The notes beneath the pieces were generated by a model that saw only the letters and a list, made by a program, of their open reading frames with translations, did no database searches and had not been told where the DNA came from. A stretch of 64,000 nucleotides of DNA from Vicinamibacteria bacterium (GTDB lineage: Bacteria > Acidobacteriota > Vicinamibacteria > Marinacidobacterales > Marinacidobacteraceae), in assembly GCA_963668695.2 (NCBI GenBank), contig CAXXLQ010000004.1, positions 1,600,001 through 1,664,000 of the forward strand, given 5' to 3'. The position numbers and the translations under genes are program-made. Positions 28,135 through 37,500 of the stretch are shown piece by piece. The first letter of the stretch is position 1. Every line of letters begins with the position of its first letter.

Positions 28135-28728
28135 TCACAGGTAGCGCGCGAGCGAGGCGCGGCGCGAGCGGCGGTTGCTGCCGCCGAGTCGCTTGGAGAG
28201 ATACACCTTGGAATCGCCGTTGTAGATTGGATGCGGCTCGTACTTGACGACGTCGAAATGCAGGTGGGTGAGGGTGCTGCGCATCTCGTAGTAGCGGTTC
28301 TTGGTCTTCACCACGATTTCCCGGAATCCCTTCTCGATGGCCCACTCTTCCTGGAACTCGTCCAACGCGCGGAAATGGCCCTGGCCGCGCCAGTCGCTTC
28401 TCGTGCCTCCGAGCCAGGCATAGAGAACGCGCTGCCCCGAAAAGCGCACCGCCTGCCGGAGCCGTTCCACCAGATCCGCGAGTTCCGGATCCGTCTCCTC
28501 GCTCCGGATTTCGTGGGCTACCCGGTAGGACACCGGCGCGAACCGCGTCGGCTCCTCGGGAAGGCTCGCCTCCACCATGAAGATTCCGTGCTCCCGGCCT
28601 TCGAGACGTTCCTGGATCTGCGCCGCCGTCTTCTTGCGGTCGAACTCCCCAAAGAACTCCTCGATGAACTGGATTTCGAGCGAACCGATCTCCAGCGGGT
28701 ACTGCCGGATACGGAAGGGCTGGTCCAC
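28135..28728 (-). CDS. GNAT-family N-acetyltransferase
   Basis: LYAWLGGTRSDWRGQGHFRAL (motif A) and VKTKNRYYEM. Confidence 0.75.
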   Translation of the reverse strand: MDQPFRIRQYPLEIGSLEIQFIEEFFGEFDRKKTAAQIQERLEGREHGIFMVEASLPEEPTRFAPVSYRVAHEIRSEETDPELADLVERLRQAVRFSGQRVLYAWLGGTRSDWRGQGHFRALDEFQEEWAIEKGFREIVVKTKNRYYEMRSTLTHLHFDVVKYEPHPIYNGDSKVYLSKRLGGSNRRSRRASLARYL

Positions 28729-28729
28729 G

Positions 28730-29510
28730 CTAGCAGCCGGTGGGCAAGGTCACGTACGCACCGAGGCCCCCACCGGGAGAACTGGCGGTGAGGCGCCCGG
28801 CTGACAAGGCGCGCGAGGGAGGAGCCCCCACCGGGAGAACTGGCCCGAGTGTATTTCGACCGAAGCGCAACGACGAGCAACGCGAAGCGCCAGTTCTCCC
28901 GGTGGGGGGGCGGTTCAGCCGGGATGCATCGCCGGTCGCTTCCGGAGCGGGGCGGGAGCACCGCGGAGACCCCGGAGCGGAAGGGACGGGGGACGGGGAG
29001 ACCCGGCTCCGATCCCTCTTGGCTCGGGCTTCCGGAGCGGGGCGGGAGCACCGCGGAGACCCCGGAGCGGAAGGGACGGGGGGCGGGGCCACCCGGCTCC
29101 GATCCCTCTTGGCTCGGGCTTCCGGAGCGGGGCGGGAGCACCGCGGAGACCCCGGAGCGGAAGGGACGGGGGGCGGGGCCACCCGACCCCGATCCCTCTT
29201 GGCTCGGGCTTCCGGAGCGGGGCGGGAGCACCGCGGAGACCCCGGAGCGGAAGGGACGGGGGGCGGGGCCACCCGACCCCGATCCCTCTTGGCTCGGGCT
29301 TCCGGAGCGGGGCGGGAGCACCGCGGAGACCCCGGAGCGGAAGGGACGGGGGGCGGGGCCACCCGACCCCGATCCCTCTTGGCTCGGGCTTCCGGAGCGG
29401 GGCGGGAGCACCGCGGAGACCCCGGAGCGGAAGGGACGGGGGGCGGGGCCACCCGACCACCATCCCTTCTGGCTCGGGAATGCCTCGTGACTTTGTTCAC
29501 GGGCTGCTTC
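28730..29510. mobile_element. MITE-like element containing a 90-bp tandem array
   Basis: Ends ctagcagccggtgggcaaggtcacg...cgtgactttgttcacgggctgct. Confidence 0.75.
28938..29477. repeat. Tandem array, 6 x 90 bp
   Basis: Unit gcttccggagcggggcgggagcaccgcggagaccccggagcggaagggacgggg...gatccctcttggctcgg starts at 28938, 29028, 29118, 29208, 29298 and 29388. Confidence 0.97.
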
Positions 29511-29512
29511 CT

Positions 29513-30814
29513 TCAGGGAGCGGCGGGATGCGGCCACAGGCGTCCGCGGCCCCCGAGTTCTTCCTCGATCCGGAGGAGTTCGTTGTACTTGGCGACGCGC
29601 TCGCCGCGGCACGGCGCACCGGCCTTGATCTGGCCGGCGCCCGTTGCGACGACAAGGTGGGAAATCGCGGTGTCCGGAGTTTCACCGGACCGGTGGCTCA
29701 ACATCGCTCCGAGGCCCGCCCGGAGTGCGCCCTGGACGACCTGTACCGTCTCGGTCAGCGTGCCCACCTGATTGGGCTTGATCAGGATGGCGTTCGCGGC
29801 TCCTTCTGCGATGCCGCGCTGCAGTCGGCTGTCCTGGGTCACGAAAAGGTCGTCGCCCACCAGTTGGACGCGATCGCCCAGGGTCCGGGTCAACGCGGTC
29901 CAACCCTCCCAATCGTCTTCGGCAAGGCCGTCCTCAATGGAAACCAGCGCCGGAAAACGGTCGAGCCAACCCGCGTAGAGCTCGATCATCGCCTCGGCGG
30001 GGCTCGGCGGCGCGTCCGGGTGGAAGTGGTAGCCGTTCTCATCGCTGAATTCGTTCGCCGCGACGTCGAGGGCGAGCCCCATTTGCTCGCCGGGCGCAAA
30101 GCCGGCCCCCTCGATCGCTTCCACCAACAGGTCCAGCGCCTCACCCGCATCGGAGAGCGCGGGGGCGAACCCTCCTTCGTCTCCCACCGCGGTTGAGTGC
30201 CCGCGCTTCCCGAGCACGTCACGCAACTCGTGGTACACGCCAACTCCCGCCCGCAGTGCGTCCGAGAACCCGGAAAATCCGAGCGGAACCACCATGAACT
30301 CCTGTACCAGCAGGGCGTTGTCGGCGTGGGCGCCGCCGTTCAGCACGTTGAAATAGGGAACCGGAAGCGTGTCGGCGATCGCGCCGCCGAGCGCCCGGTA
30401 GAGCGGCAGTCCGGCGGCCTCGGCGGCGGCTCGGGCGCTCGCTAGCGAGACCGCGAGAATCGCATTCGCCCCCAGCCCGGAGCGATCCTCCGAACCGTCG
30501 AGTTCGATCATGAGCCGGTCGACCGTCGCCTGGTCGGCGGCGTCTTCGCCGGCGAGTTCGGGGCCGATCTGTTCCTCAATGGCCGTGATCGCTCCCAGCA
30601 CGCCGCGGCCGCGGTAGCGGTCCGGGTCCTGGTCTCGGCGCTCGACGGCTTCGTGACGGCCGGTGGAGGCTCCGGACGGCACCGCGGCGCGCCCCCGGGC
30701 GCCGCCCACGAGCCAGACCTCGGCTTCCACCGTCGGATTCCCTCGCGAATCGAGGATCTCCCGGGCCGCAATCCGATCGATCCAGGTGTCGCTCTCGTCC
30801 ATTCGCCGGGTCAT
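29513..30814 (-). CDS. eno: Enolase
   Basis: Motifs [55 protein letters not shown]. Confidence 0.98.
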   Translation of the reverse strand: MTRRMDESDTWIDRIAAREILDSRGNPTVEAEVWLVGGARGRAAVPSGASTGRHEAVERRDQDPDRYRGRGVLGAITAIEEQIGPELAGEDAADQATVDRLMIELDGSEDRSGLGANAILAVSLASARAAAEAAGLPLYRALGGAIADTLPVPYFNVLNGGAHADNALLVQEFMVVPLGFSGFSDALRAGVGVYHELRDVLGKRGHSTAVGDEGGFAPALSDAGEALDLLVEAIEGAGFAPGEQMGLALDVAANEFSDENGYHFHPDAPPSPAEAMIELYAGWLDRFPALVSIEDGLAEDDWEGWTALTRTLGDRVQLVGDDLFVTQDSRLQRGIAEGAANAILIKPNQVGTLTETVQVVQGALRAGLGAMLSHRSGETPDTAISHLVVATGAGQIKAGAPCRGERVAKYNELLRIEEELGGRGRLWPHPAAP

Positions 30815-30850
30815 GGGTCGTATTTCGACCGTCTCAGGCGGTTCCGCCGT

Positions 30851-31215
30851 CTAATAGCCTGTGGATAAGGTGGCGTGAGCGCCGAGACTGGCCAGTCCTC
30901 CCGGTGGGGGCGAGGCGCCCGGCTGACAAGGCGGGCGAGGGAGGAATACGGCGTTCGCCGAGCAACCCCATGACGCCGCCGAACCTTAGCAGCCTGTGGT
31001 GAAACCCATGCGGCGTTCGCCCGGCGATGCATCCCGGCTGAACCACTCCGCTTTGCTCCGTTCTGCGTTGCGTTTCGGTCGAAATACACCCGGTATTCCT
31101 CCCTCACGCGCCTTGTCAGCCGGGCGCCTCACCGGGCTCGGCGCTCACCTGGGTTCCACCACCGGCTACTAGCAGCCTATGGACAAGATGACGCGGCGTT
31201 CGACTGGCGCTCGGC
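30851..31215. mobile_element. Composite MITE-like elements
   Basis: Three left-end motifs (taatagcctgtgga, ttagcagcctgtgg, ctagcagcctatgga). The central copy lacks all 18-bp inserts, so it is an 'empty' form. Confidence 0.75.
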
Positions 31216-31321
31216 CTCCCATTGCCAACAGCGTAAGGCCCCCGGGTCAGTTCGTCTTTCGGGGCCGCTGACACCGGTTGCCGTTTGACAAAAAGGGGGT
31301 GGCGCGCTTGACTACCGGCAT

Positions 31322-33226
31322 ATGGGTTCCCGGAGTATCGGCGGAAATAACCGCCGGGCCGTGTACTTGGCGCTCGGGACGCTGCTGGTGGCCGGCCCCG
31401 GAGCCGCGGCCTCGGTTTCCTGGGAACCGCCGGTCGGCTGGGAGGCCAACGAGGGGGGCTCGGTGGGCGCCGTGTCCGCCGGTGTCGTGGTCCTTTCCCA
31501 GATTTCCGGAATGGTGGCGAGCGAGGCCGGAAACCCGCTGCCAGGCGCCCTGGTTTCGGTATTCGCTACCGACAGCGAAGACGGAGCCGCCCGCTTTGCG
31601 GTAACCGACGAGGAGGGCCGGTTCGAAGTCGGCGAGGCGTCCCCGGGGCTTTACAGCCTGCGCGCCTATCTGGCCGGATTCCTTCCCTCGCCGCGGGCGC
31701 AGGTGCTTGTTCGCAGTGGCGCCTCCCTCGCGGACACCCTGCTGATCCAGATGGCGGCCATCGGATCGGAACATGGGTCCGGCACGCTTTCGGAACTCCG
31801 CTGGCTGCTCCAGCGGGGACGGCGGAACGTGCTGAAGGATCGCCGCGCCGGGCTCGATTTCCAGAACATCTGGGAGGGGCCGTGGACGGGTGGACCTCGT
31901 TTCCCGGCACTGGCTTCGCTCGAGGGCGAGTTCGGTTTCTTCGCGGCGTCGGGTAGCTCGCTCGGGCTCCCGGAGAGCCGGGCCGTGGATTCGAGTATTG
32001 CCTACACCCGCTTCGAACTTCCCTCTACGGCCCGTGGAAACTGGGAGGCTGAGGCCCGCTTGATGGAGTCGGCCTTTGCCTCCTGGGCGGCGAATCTCTC
32101 GTACAACATGGAGGAATTCGACGGCCACCAGTTCGCTGCCGGGATTGCCTACCAGCGACACGTCTACGGCGATGCGCCGGCCTACCGGCCGCCGGCGGCG
32201 CCCATCCTGAACCCGGCTCTGCTCCAGGAACCGCAAGCCGAGTGGGATGGCGCGGCGTTCGTCGCCGATGACTTCACGCTCGGGCGCGCCAGTCTGAGCA
32301 CCGGTCTGACCTATCGACGCTTCTCCTATCTGACCGGGCACCGGGGCCTCGCGCCTCGCGCGGTCCTCGAAGTCAAGGCCGGACAAGACTGGACGTTGAT
32401 GGGCGGAATGGCGTCCCGGGTGGACGGCCCGATCGGAGAAGACGCGGCACTTCTTTCCCGGGTGGCGCACGGAGATCTGCTGGCGCTTGATCCCTCGTGG
32501 TTCGGTTCGGAGGCTGCTCAGCGGAACACCCGGTATCAGGCCGGAGTCCGATACGAGGCGTCCCCGAACCATGTCCTGGCAGCTCGGCTGTTCCGGGAAA
32601 TCACCACCGACCAGCTCCTCAGGACGTTCGAATCCGGACCGATTTCGGGGGGGCGTTTCGATGTCGTGAACGCTGGCAACTACTCCTCGACGGGTTTCGC
32701 TTTCGACTGGATCCGGGACATGGGACCGGTCACCCGGCGGCTTGATCTCGGGGGCCGGGTCTCGTGGCTGACGGCAGTCGTCCGGAATCCGGGCGGCGAG
32801 GCCGGGCTCGAAACGCCCCGGGACCCGATTGGCTTCGTGGGTCCAGGCGGTCCCGGGCTGGCAGATCCCACCCGTCTCCTGCTACCGGTCGGTGAGAGTG
32901 CCGTTGTTCACGACCTTTCGGCCGAAGTCATAGCGCGGCTCCGCCCCTCGGGAACCCGACTGAGCGCCGCGTACCGGGTGATCCGCCATCCCGGTCTCGC
33001 GCCGACGCATCCCGCGCTGGGAGCAGCAGACGAGCACACGGCCCGCTTCGACGTGGAGTTGGTCCAGCTCATTCCGTTTGCCGACTGGAGCGGAACCGAG
33101 TGGGAGCTTTCCCTGGCAGTTCGCGACCTCTTCTTCCGGGAGATGATCGGACGGTCCCTGCTGGACGAGATCGCGGTGGCCCACGCTCCCAAGCGCGTCG
33201 TGGGCGGACTCGCGGTCAGGTTCTGA
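31322..33226 (+). CDS. Outer-membrane beta-barrel / TonB-dependent-receptor-like protein with carboxypeptidase-regulatory-like domain
   Basis: Signal peptide, ISGMVASEAGNPLPGALV...TDEEGRF...PGLYSL, amphipathic strands, C-terminal F. Confidence 0.75.
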   Translation: MGSRSIGGNNRRAVYLALGTLLVAGPGAAASVSWEPPVGWEANEGGSVGAVSAGVVVLSQISGMVASEAGNPLPGALVSVFATDSEDGAARFAVTDEEGRFEVGEASPGLYSLRAYLAGFLPSPRAQVLVRSGASLADTLLIQMAAIGSEHGSGTLSELRWLLQRGRRNVLKDRRAGLDFQNIWEGPWTGGPRFPALASLEGEFGFFAASGSSLGLPESRAVDSSIAYTRFELPSTARGNWEAEARLMESAFASWAANLSYNMEEFDGHQFAAGIAYQRHVYGDAPAYRPPAAPILNPALLQEPQAEWDGAAFVADDFTLGRASLSTGLTYRRFSYLTGHRGLAPRAVLEVKAGQDWTLMGGMASRVDGPIGEDAALLSRVAHGDLLALDPSWFGSEAAQRNTRYQAGVRYEASPNHVLAARLFREITTDQLLRTFESGPISGGRFDVVNAGNYSSTGFAFDWIRDMGPVTRRLDLGGRVSWLTAVVRNPGGEAGLETPRDPIGFVGPGGPGLADPTRLLLPVGESAVVHDLSAEVIARLRPSGTRLSAAYRVIRHPGLAPTHPALGAADEHTARFDVELVQLIPFADWSGTEWELSLAVRDLFFREMIGRSLLDEIAVAHAPKRVVGGLAVRF

Positions 33227-33550
33227 GGAGCGCCGGCCGGTTCTCCCGGTAGGGGCCTTCAGACCGGCATCGCGGCCGAAGGCCGCGAAACTCACGTCCT
33301 ATTCACCCCTATTGCACTGACCTGGTCGGGGACGGCGAAACCCACGGCTGGCCATCCCCCGCAGGGGAGCGAAAGCCTCGCCATCGAGCCTCACGGTTAG
33401 CGACAGCGGAAGCGCGCAGTCCCACCACCCTCACGTTGCCGGGCGGGCCGACGCCCGCTTCTCTCTATCCAATTTGTTGAATCTTCCCGACGCCGATCCG
33501 TCACATTGGATAAGATGGTGGATCCCGTTGGTGCTCGCGCCGACCGGGAT

Positions 33551-34564
33551 CAACCAGCCCGTGAACAAAGTGAACCGGCATTCCCGAGCCAAGAGGGAGA
33601 GGGGCCGGGTGTCCCCGTCCCCGATCCCTCTCGCTCCGGGGTCTGCGCGGTGCTGGCGCCCCGCTCCGGAAGCCCGAGCCAGAAGGGATGGGGGTCGGCT
33701 TGCCCCGCCCCCCGTCCCTCTCGCTCCGGGGTCTGCGCGGTGCTGGCGCCCCGCTCCGGAAGCCCGAGTCAAGAGGGAGAGGGGCCGGGTGTCCCCGTCC
33801 TCCATCCCTCGTGCTCCGGGGTCTGCGCGGTGCTGGCGCCCCGCTCCGGAAGCCCGAGCCAGAAGGGATGGGGGTCGGCTATCGCCGCTCTCCATCCCTC
33901 GTGCTCCGGGGTCTGCGCGGTGCTGGCGCCCCGCTCCGGAAGCCCGAGCCAGAAGGGATGGGGGTCGGCTATCGCCGCTCTCCATCCCTCGTGCTCCGGG
34001 GTCTGCGCGGTGCTGGCGCCCCGCTCCGGAAGCCCGAGTCAAGAGGGAGAGGGGCCGGGTGTCCCCGTCCCCGATCCCTCTCGCTCCGGGGTCTGCGCGG
34101 TGCTGGCGCCCCGCTCCGGAAGCCCGAGCCAGAAGGGAGAGGGGCCGGGTGTCCCCGTCCCCGATCCCTCTCGCTCCGGGGTCTGCGCGGTGCTGGCGCC
34201 CCGCTCCGGAAGCCCGAGCCAAGAGGGAGAGGGGCCGGGTGTCCCCGTCCCCGATCCCTCTCGCTCCGGGGTCTGCGCGGTGCTGGCGCCCCGCTCCGGA
34301 AGCCCGAGCCAGAAGGGATGGGGGTCGGCTTGCCCCGCCCCCCGTCCCTTCCGCTCCGGGGTCTCCGCGGTGCTGGCGCCCCGCTCCGGAAGCGAGCGGC
34401 GATGCATCCCGGCTGAACCGCTCTGCTTCGCATCGCTCATCGTTGCGCTTCGGTCGAAATACGTCCGGGCCAGTTCTCCCGGTGGGGGCTCCTCCCTCAC
34501 GCGCCTTGTCAGCCGGGCGCCTCACCGCTCTCGGTGCTCGCCCCACCTTGTCCACGGACTGGTG
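33551..34564. mobile_element. MITE-like element containing a 90-bp tandem array (opposite orientation to 28730-29510)
   Basis: Ends caaccagcccgtgaacaaag...ccttgtccacggactggtg, with shared MITE modules at 34393-34545. Confidence 0.75.
33583..34392. repeat. Tandem array, 9 x 90 bp, with a variable hairpin segment
   Basis: Units start every 90 bp from 33583. The segment gctccggggtctgcgcggtgctggcgccccgctccggaagcccgag is near-constant; about 40 nt vary. Confidence 0.97.
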
Positions 34565-34569
34565 ACGGC

Positions 34570-37500
34570 ATGCCTCCTCTCCTCCGCGGCGTCACCCGCT
34601 CCACCCTCGCAGTAGCCGCCACCGCGTTGCTGCTTGCGCTGGCTGCGACGAATGTCGCCCGTCAGGTGGTTTCCGGGGTCATGGACGACGGCGTTCTCTG
34701 GGGCGACGAACTCGGCCGGGTGGTCGCCATGCGGGTGGAAGAAGGCGGGGCGGGGGACCAGGCCGGAATCGAAGTGGGCGACTCTCTGCAGGTCATCACC
34801 GACCGGACCAGCGGGGCGACGATCGAGGTGGACAGCGCTACCGACGTGCGGACGGTGCTCGATGCCGCTTCGCCGGGCTCGCGGCTCCGCTACGTGCTGA
34901 TTCGGGAGGGAGAGCGTCGAGGCATGACTCTCTCCGTCGTTCCTCTCCCGACGGGCAACGTTTCTCTCTATCTGTTCCTGGCGGCGGTGGGCATCTTCGC
35001 CGGCGGAGTCGGCACGTTCGTGTACGCCTTCCGCCGCGGCGCCTCGGCCTCCGCCCACTTCTACGGGCTCTGTCTCCTCTGGCTGCTCGCCTTCTCTTTC
35101 TCGTTCACCGGCGAATTGGATCTATTCGACCACCTCTACTTCTGGCTGGACCGGATCGGGGTGTTGTTCTTCCCGCCGGTCTTCCTTCACTTCGCGCTCA
35201 CCTTCCCGGGCCGCAGCCGGTTCCTCGAGAAGTGGCCCAAAGTGCTGCATTGGGCCTACGCGCCGTCCTTCGCCCTGATGGGGCTGTCGGTGGGCTCCCG
35301 CATCCTCTATTTCTCCCCGTTCAGTCCGGGTGGCTCCGCTATCACCGGCAGCGAGTTTGTCGTCGACCGGCTCGAACCGGTCCTCTGGGCCGTGTACTCC
35401 CTCGCCGCGTTCGTGGCCTTCGTGGACGCCTATCGCAACGCCGAAAGCGTCACCGTCTCGAAGCAACTCAAGTGGATCGTTTGGGGCACCGGGGTCGGAA
35501 TGCTGCCCTTTGCGCTGATCTATGCGGTTCCCTACCTGGGCGGTCTTCCCACGACCCCGGAAATGGAACTCTCTCTCGTCCCGGTGGTCCTGGTGCCGCT
35601 GTCCTTCGCGTACGCCATCGTCAAGTACCGGCTCATGGACGTGGAGGTCCTGTTCAAGCGCGGAATCCTGCTCGCCTCGCTGATGGTCGGTGTCGCCGCC
35701 ATCTTTCTCGCGGCCTTTCTGGTGGGAACCTCCTGGTTCGGGGGCGACGAGCACTCGCTGGTCATCGCCGTCCTGTCGGCCATCGTTGCGGCTCTTGCGG
35801 TTCCCGCCTTCCGCTCCCGGACCGAGCGTTTCATCGACCGGCTGTTCTACCGCGAGCACTACGACTTCCGGCGCGCGCTGGCCCGGCTGGCCGGCGAGAT
35901 GAATTCCCAACTCGACCTGGTGCCGCTGGCGAACCGGCTCGTGGAGCGCATCAGCGAAACCTTCCGGATGCAGCGGGTCGCGCTGCTTACCGCGGTGCAG
36001 GACACCACCGTTCCGGAACTGAAGGTCGTCGCCGCGCACGGCCTCGACGATTCGGAAATGGAGGCTGCGGAGAGGTTCATCAGTTCGGCATCGGTGAGAA
36101 AGCGCCTGAGCGCGGGCGCCATTGCGCGTGCCAGCCACATGCCGGCCCCGGTTCGCGAGGGAGTGTGGGTGCTGAACGCCGTTCCCTGCTTTGCCCGGGG
36201 TGAGGTAGTTGGCGCCTTCCTTCTTGGGGCCACGGTCGACGGCGAGGATCTGTCCTCCGAGGACCTGGACCTGCTACGCACCGTGGCGGCGCAGGCAGCC
36301 ACCGCTCTCGTAAACGCTCGCCTCTACAGCTCGCTCCAGGCCAAGCACGAAGAGGTGGTCGCGCTCCGGGAACAGAGCGAGGACACGATCGAATCGCTCG
36401 CCGCCGGCGTCGTGGTGTTCGACCTCAAGGGCCGCGTCGTCCGCTGGAACCGGTCCATGGAGATCATCTATGGGCGGAGCCGCCACGAGGTTGCTCATTC
36501 CTCTTACGCGGCCGTCTTCCCCAAGAGCCTCCGGCACGCACTCGACGCCGGCCTCGGCGAGGGTTGGCTGGTGCGCAACGAGGGCGGCGGGATCTCACGC
36601 CTCAACCTGAGGGCCGCCGACGGGCGGGACCGGGTAGTGAACGTCAAGGCCGCGCCGTTCATGTCGGGAGGAGGCCAGCGCCACGGAGCGCTCCTCATCT
36701 TTGAGGACATCACCGAGCGGGTGGGGATGGAAAACGAGATGCAGCTCCGGGAGAAGATGAGTTCTCTCGGAGTCTTGGCGGCCGGTGTTGCCCATGAGGT
36801 CAACACGCCGCTCACCGGCATCTCCAGCTTCACGCAGATGCTCCAGGATCAGACCGACCCGAACGACCCCCGGCAGCCGCTCCTCGACAAGATCGAAAAA
36901 CAGACGGAGCGCGCTTCAAAGATCGTGAATGGTTTGCTCAACTTCGCGCGCCATAGCCAAACGAACTTTCAGATCGTGAATCTCAACCGCGTTCTCGGCG
37001 ACGTGCTGTCACTCCTGGACCACCAGTTGAAGAGTTCGCACATCCGGATCCGCAAGGAGTTTGATCCGGCGCTTCCGCCGCTCCGAGGCGACGAAAACAA
37101 GCTGCAACAGGTTTTCGTGAACCTGGCGGTGAACGCCTTTGACGCCATGCCGGCGGGAGGCTGGCTGACGATCACCACCCGGAGCGAGGGAGAGCAGGTG
37201 GTTGCCGAAGTGGCCGACACCGGCGAAGGAATCGCCCCCGAAGACATCCGGCGGATCTACGACCCGTTCTTTTCGACCAGGAAAAAAAGCGGCGGGAATG
37301 GCCTGGGCCTTTCGATCAGCTACGGAATCGTCCAGGAGCACGGCGGCGCCATGGAGGTTGAGAGCGATGTCAGCAGCGGCACCCGCTTCCTGATCCGCTT
37401 CCCCGCGGCGGCCTCCGCGTCTGAACGTCCCGCCGGGGAGGATTCTTCCACGCTGGTTCCGAGAGCTACCGGTTCGCGCGGAGCGGAGATCGGACGATGA
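34570..37500 (+). CDS. Sensor histidine kinase (PDZ, multi-TM, GAF, PAS, HisKA/HATPase)
   Basis: PDZ-like AGIEVGD, GVAHEVNTPL (H box), QQVFVNLAVNAFDAM, DTGEGI, GNGLGLSISYGIV. Confidence 0.95.
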   Translation: MPPLLRGVTRSTLAVAATALLLALAATNVARQVVSGVMDDGVLWGDELGRVVAMRVEEGGAGDQAGIEVGDSLQVITDRTSGATIEVDSATDVRTVLDAASPGSRLRYVLIREGERRGMTLSVVPLPTGNVSLYLFLAAVGIFAGGVGTFVYAFRRGASASAHFYGLCLLWLLAFSFSFTGELDLFDHLYFWLDRIGVLFFPPVFLHFALTFPGRSRFLEKWPKVLHWAYAPSFALMGLSVGSRILYFSPFSPGGSAITGSEFVVDRLEPVLWAVYSLAAFVAFVDAYRNAESVTVSKQLKWIVWGTGVGMLPFALIYAVPYLGGLPTTPEMELSLVPVVLVPLSFAYAIVKYRLMDVEVLFKRGILLASLMVGVAAIFLAAFLVGTSWFGGDEHSLVIAVLSAIVAALAVPAFRSRTERFIDRLFYREHYDFRRALARLAGEMNSQLDLVPLANRLVERISETFRMQRVALLTAVQDTTVPELKVVAAHGLDDSEMEAAERFISSASVRKRLSAGAIARASHMPAPVREGVWVLNAVPCFARGEVVGAFLLGATVDGEDLSSEDLDLLRTVAAQAATALVNARLYSSLQAKHEEVVALREQSEDTIESLAAGVVVFDLKGRVVRWNRSMEIIYGRSRHEVAHSSYAAVFPKSLRHALDAGLGEGWLVRNEGGGISRLNLRAADGRDRVVNVKAAPFMSGGGQRHGALLIFEDITERVGMENEMQLREKMSSLGVLAAGVAHEVNTPLTGISSFTQMLQDQTDPNDPRQPLLDKIEKQTERASKIVNGLLNFARHSQTNFQIVNLNRVLGDVLSLLDHQLKSSHIRIRKEFDPALPPLRGDENKLQQVFVNLAVNAFDAMPAGGWLTITTRSEGEQVVAEVADTGEGIAPEDIRRIYDPFFSTRKKSGGNGLGLSISYGIVQEHGGAMEVESDVSSGTRFLIRFPAAASASERPAGEDSSTLVPRATGSRGAEIGR

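Noticed and set aside
31285-31313. Sigma-70 promoter (TTGACA-17-TTGACT) before the barrel gene
   Set aside because: The -10 element is poor and leaves very little leader, so it is not supportable from sequence alone.
33583-34392. CRISPR array interpretation of the 90-bp repeats (also 28938-29477)
   Set aside because: The variable segments are homologous to each other, repeated identically and self-complementary rather than unique spacers. There are no cas genes or AT-rich leader in the window.
33431-34615. Long repetitive ORFs across the arrays and MITEs (also 28518-29771, 2009-2602)
   Set aside because: They are open in several frames on both strands because the GC-rich unit is a multiple of 3. 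They have no RBS or domain signal.
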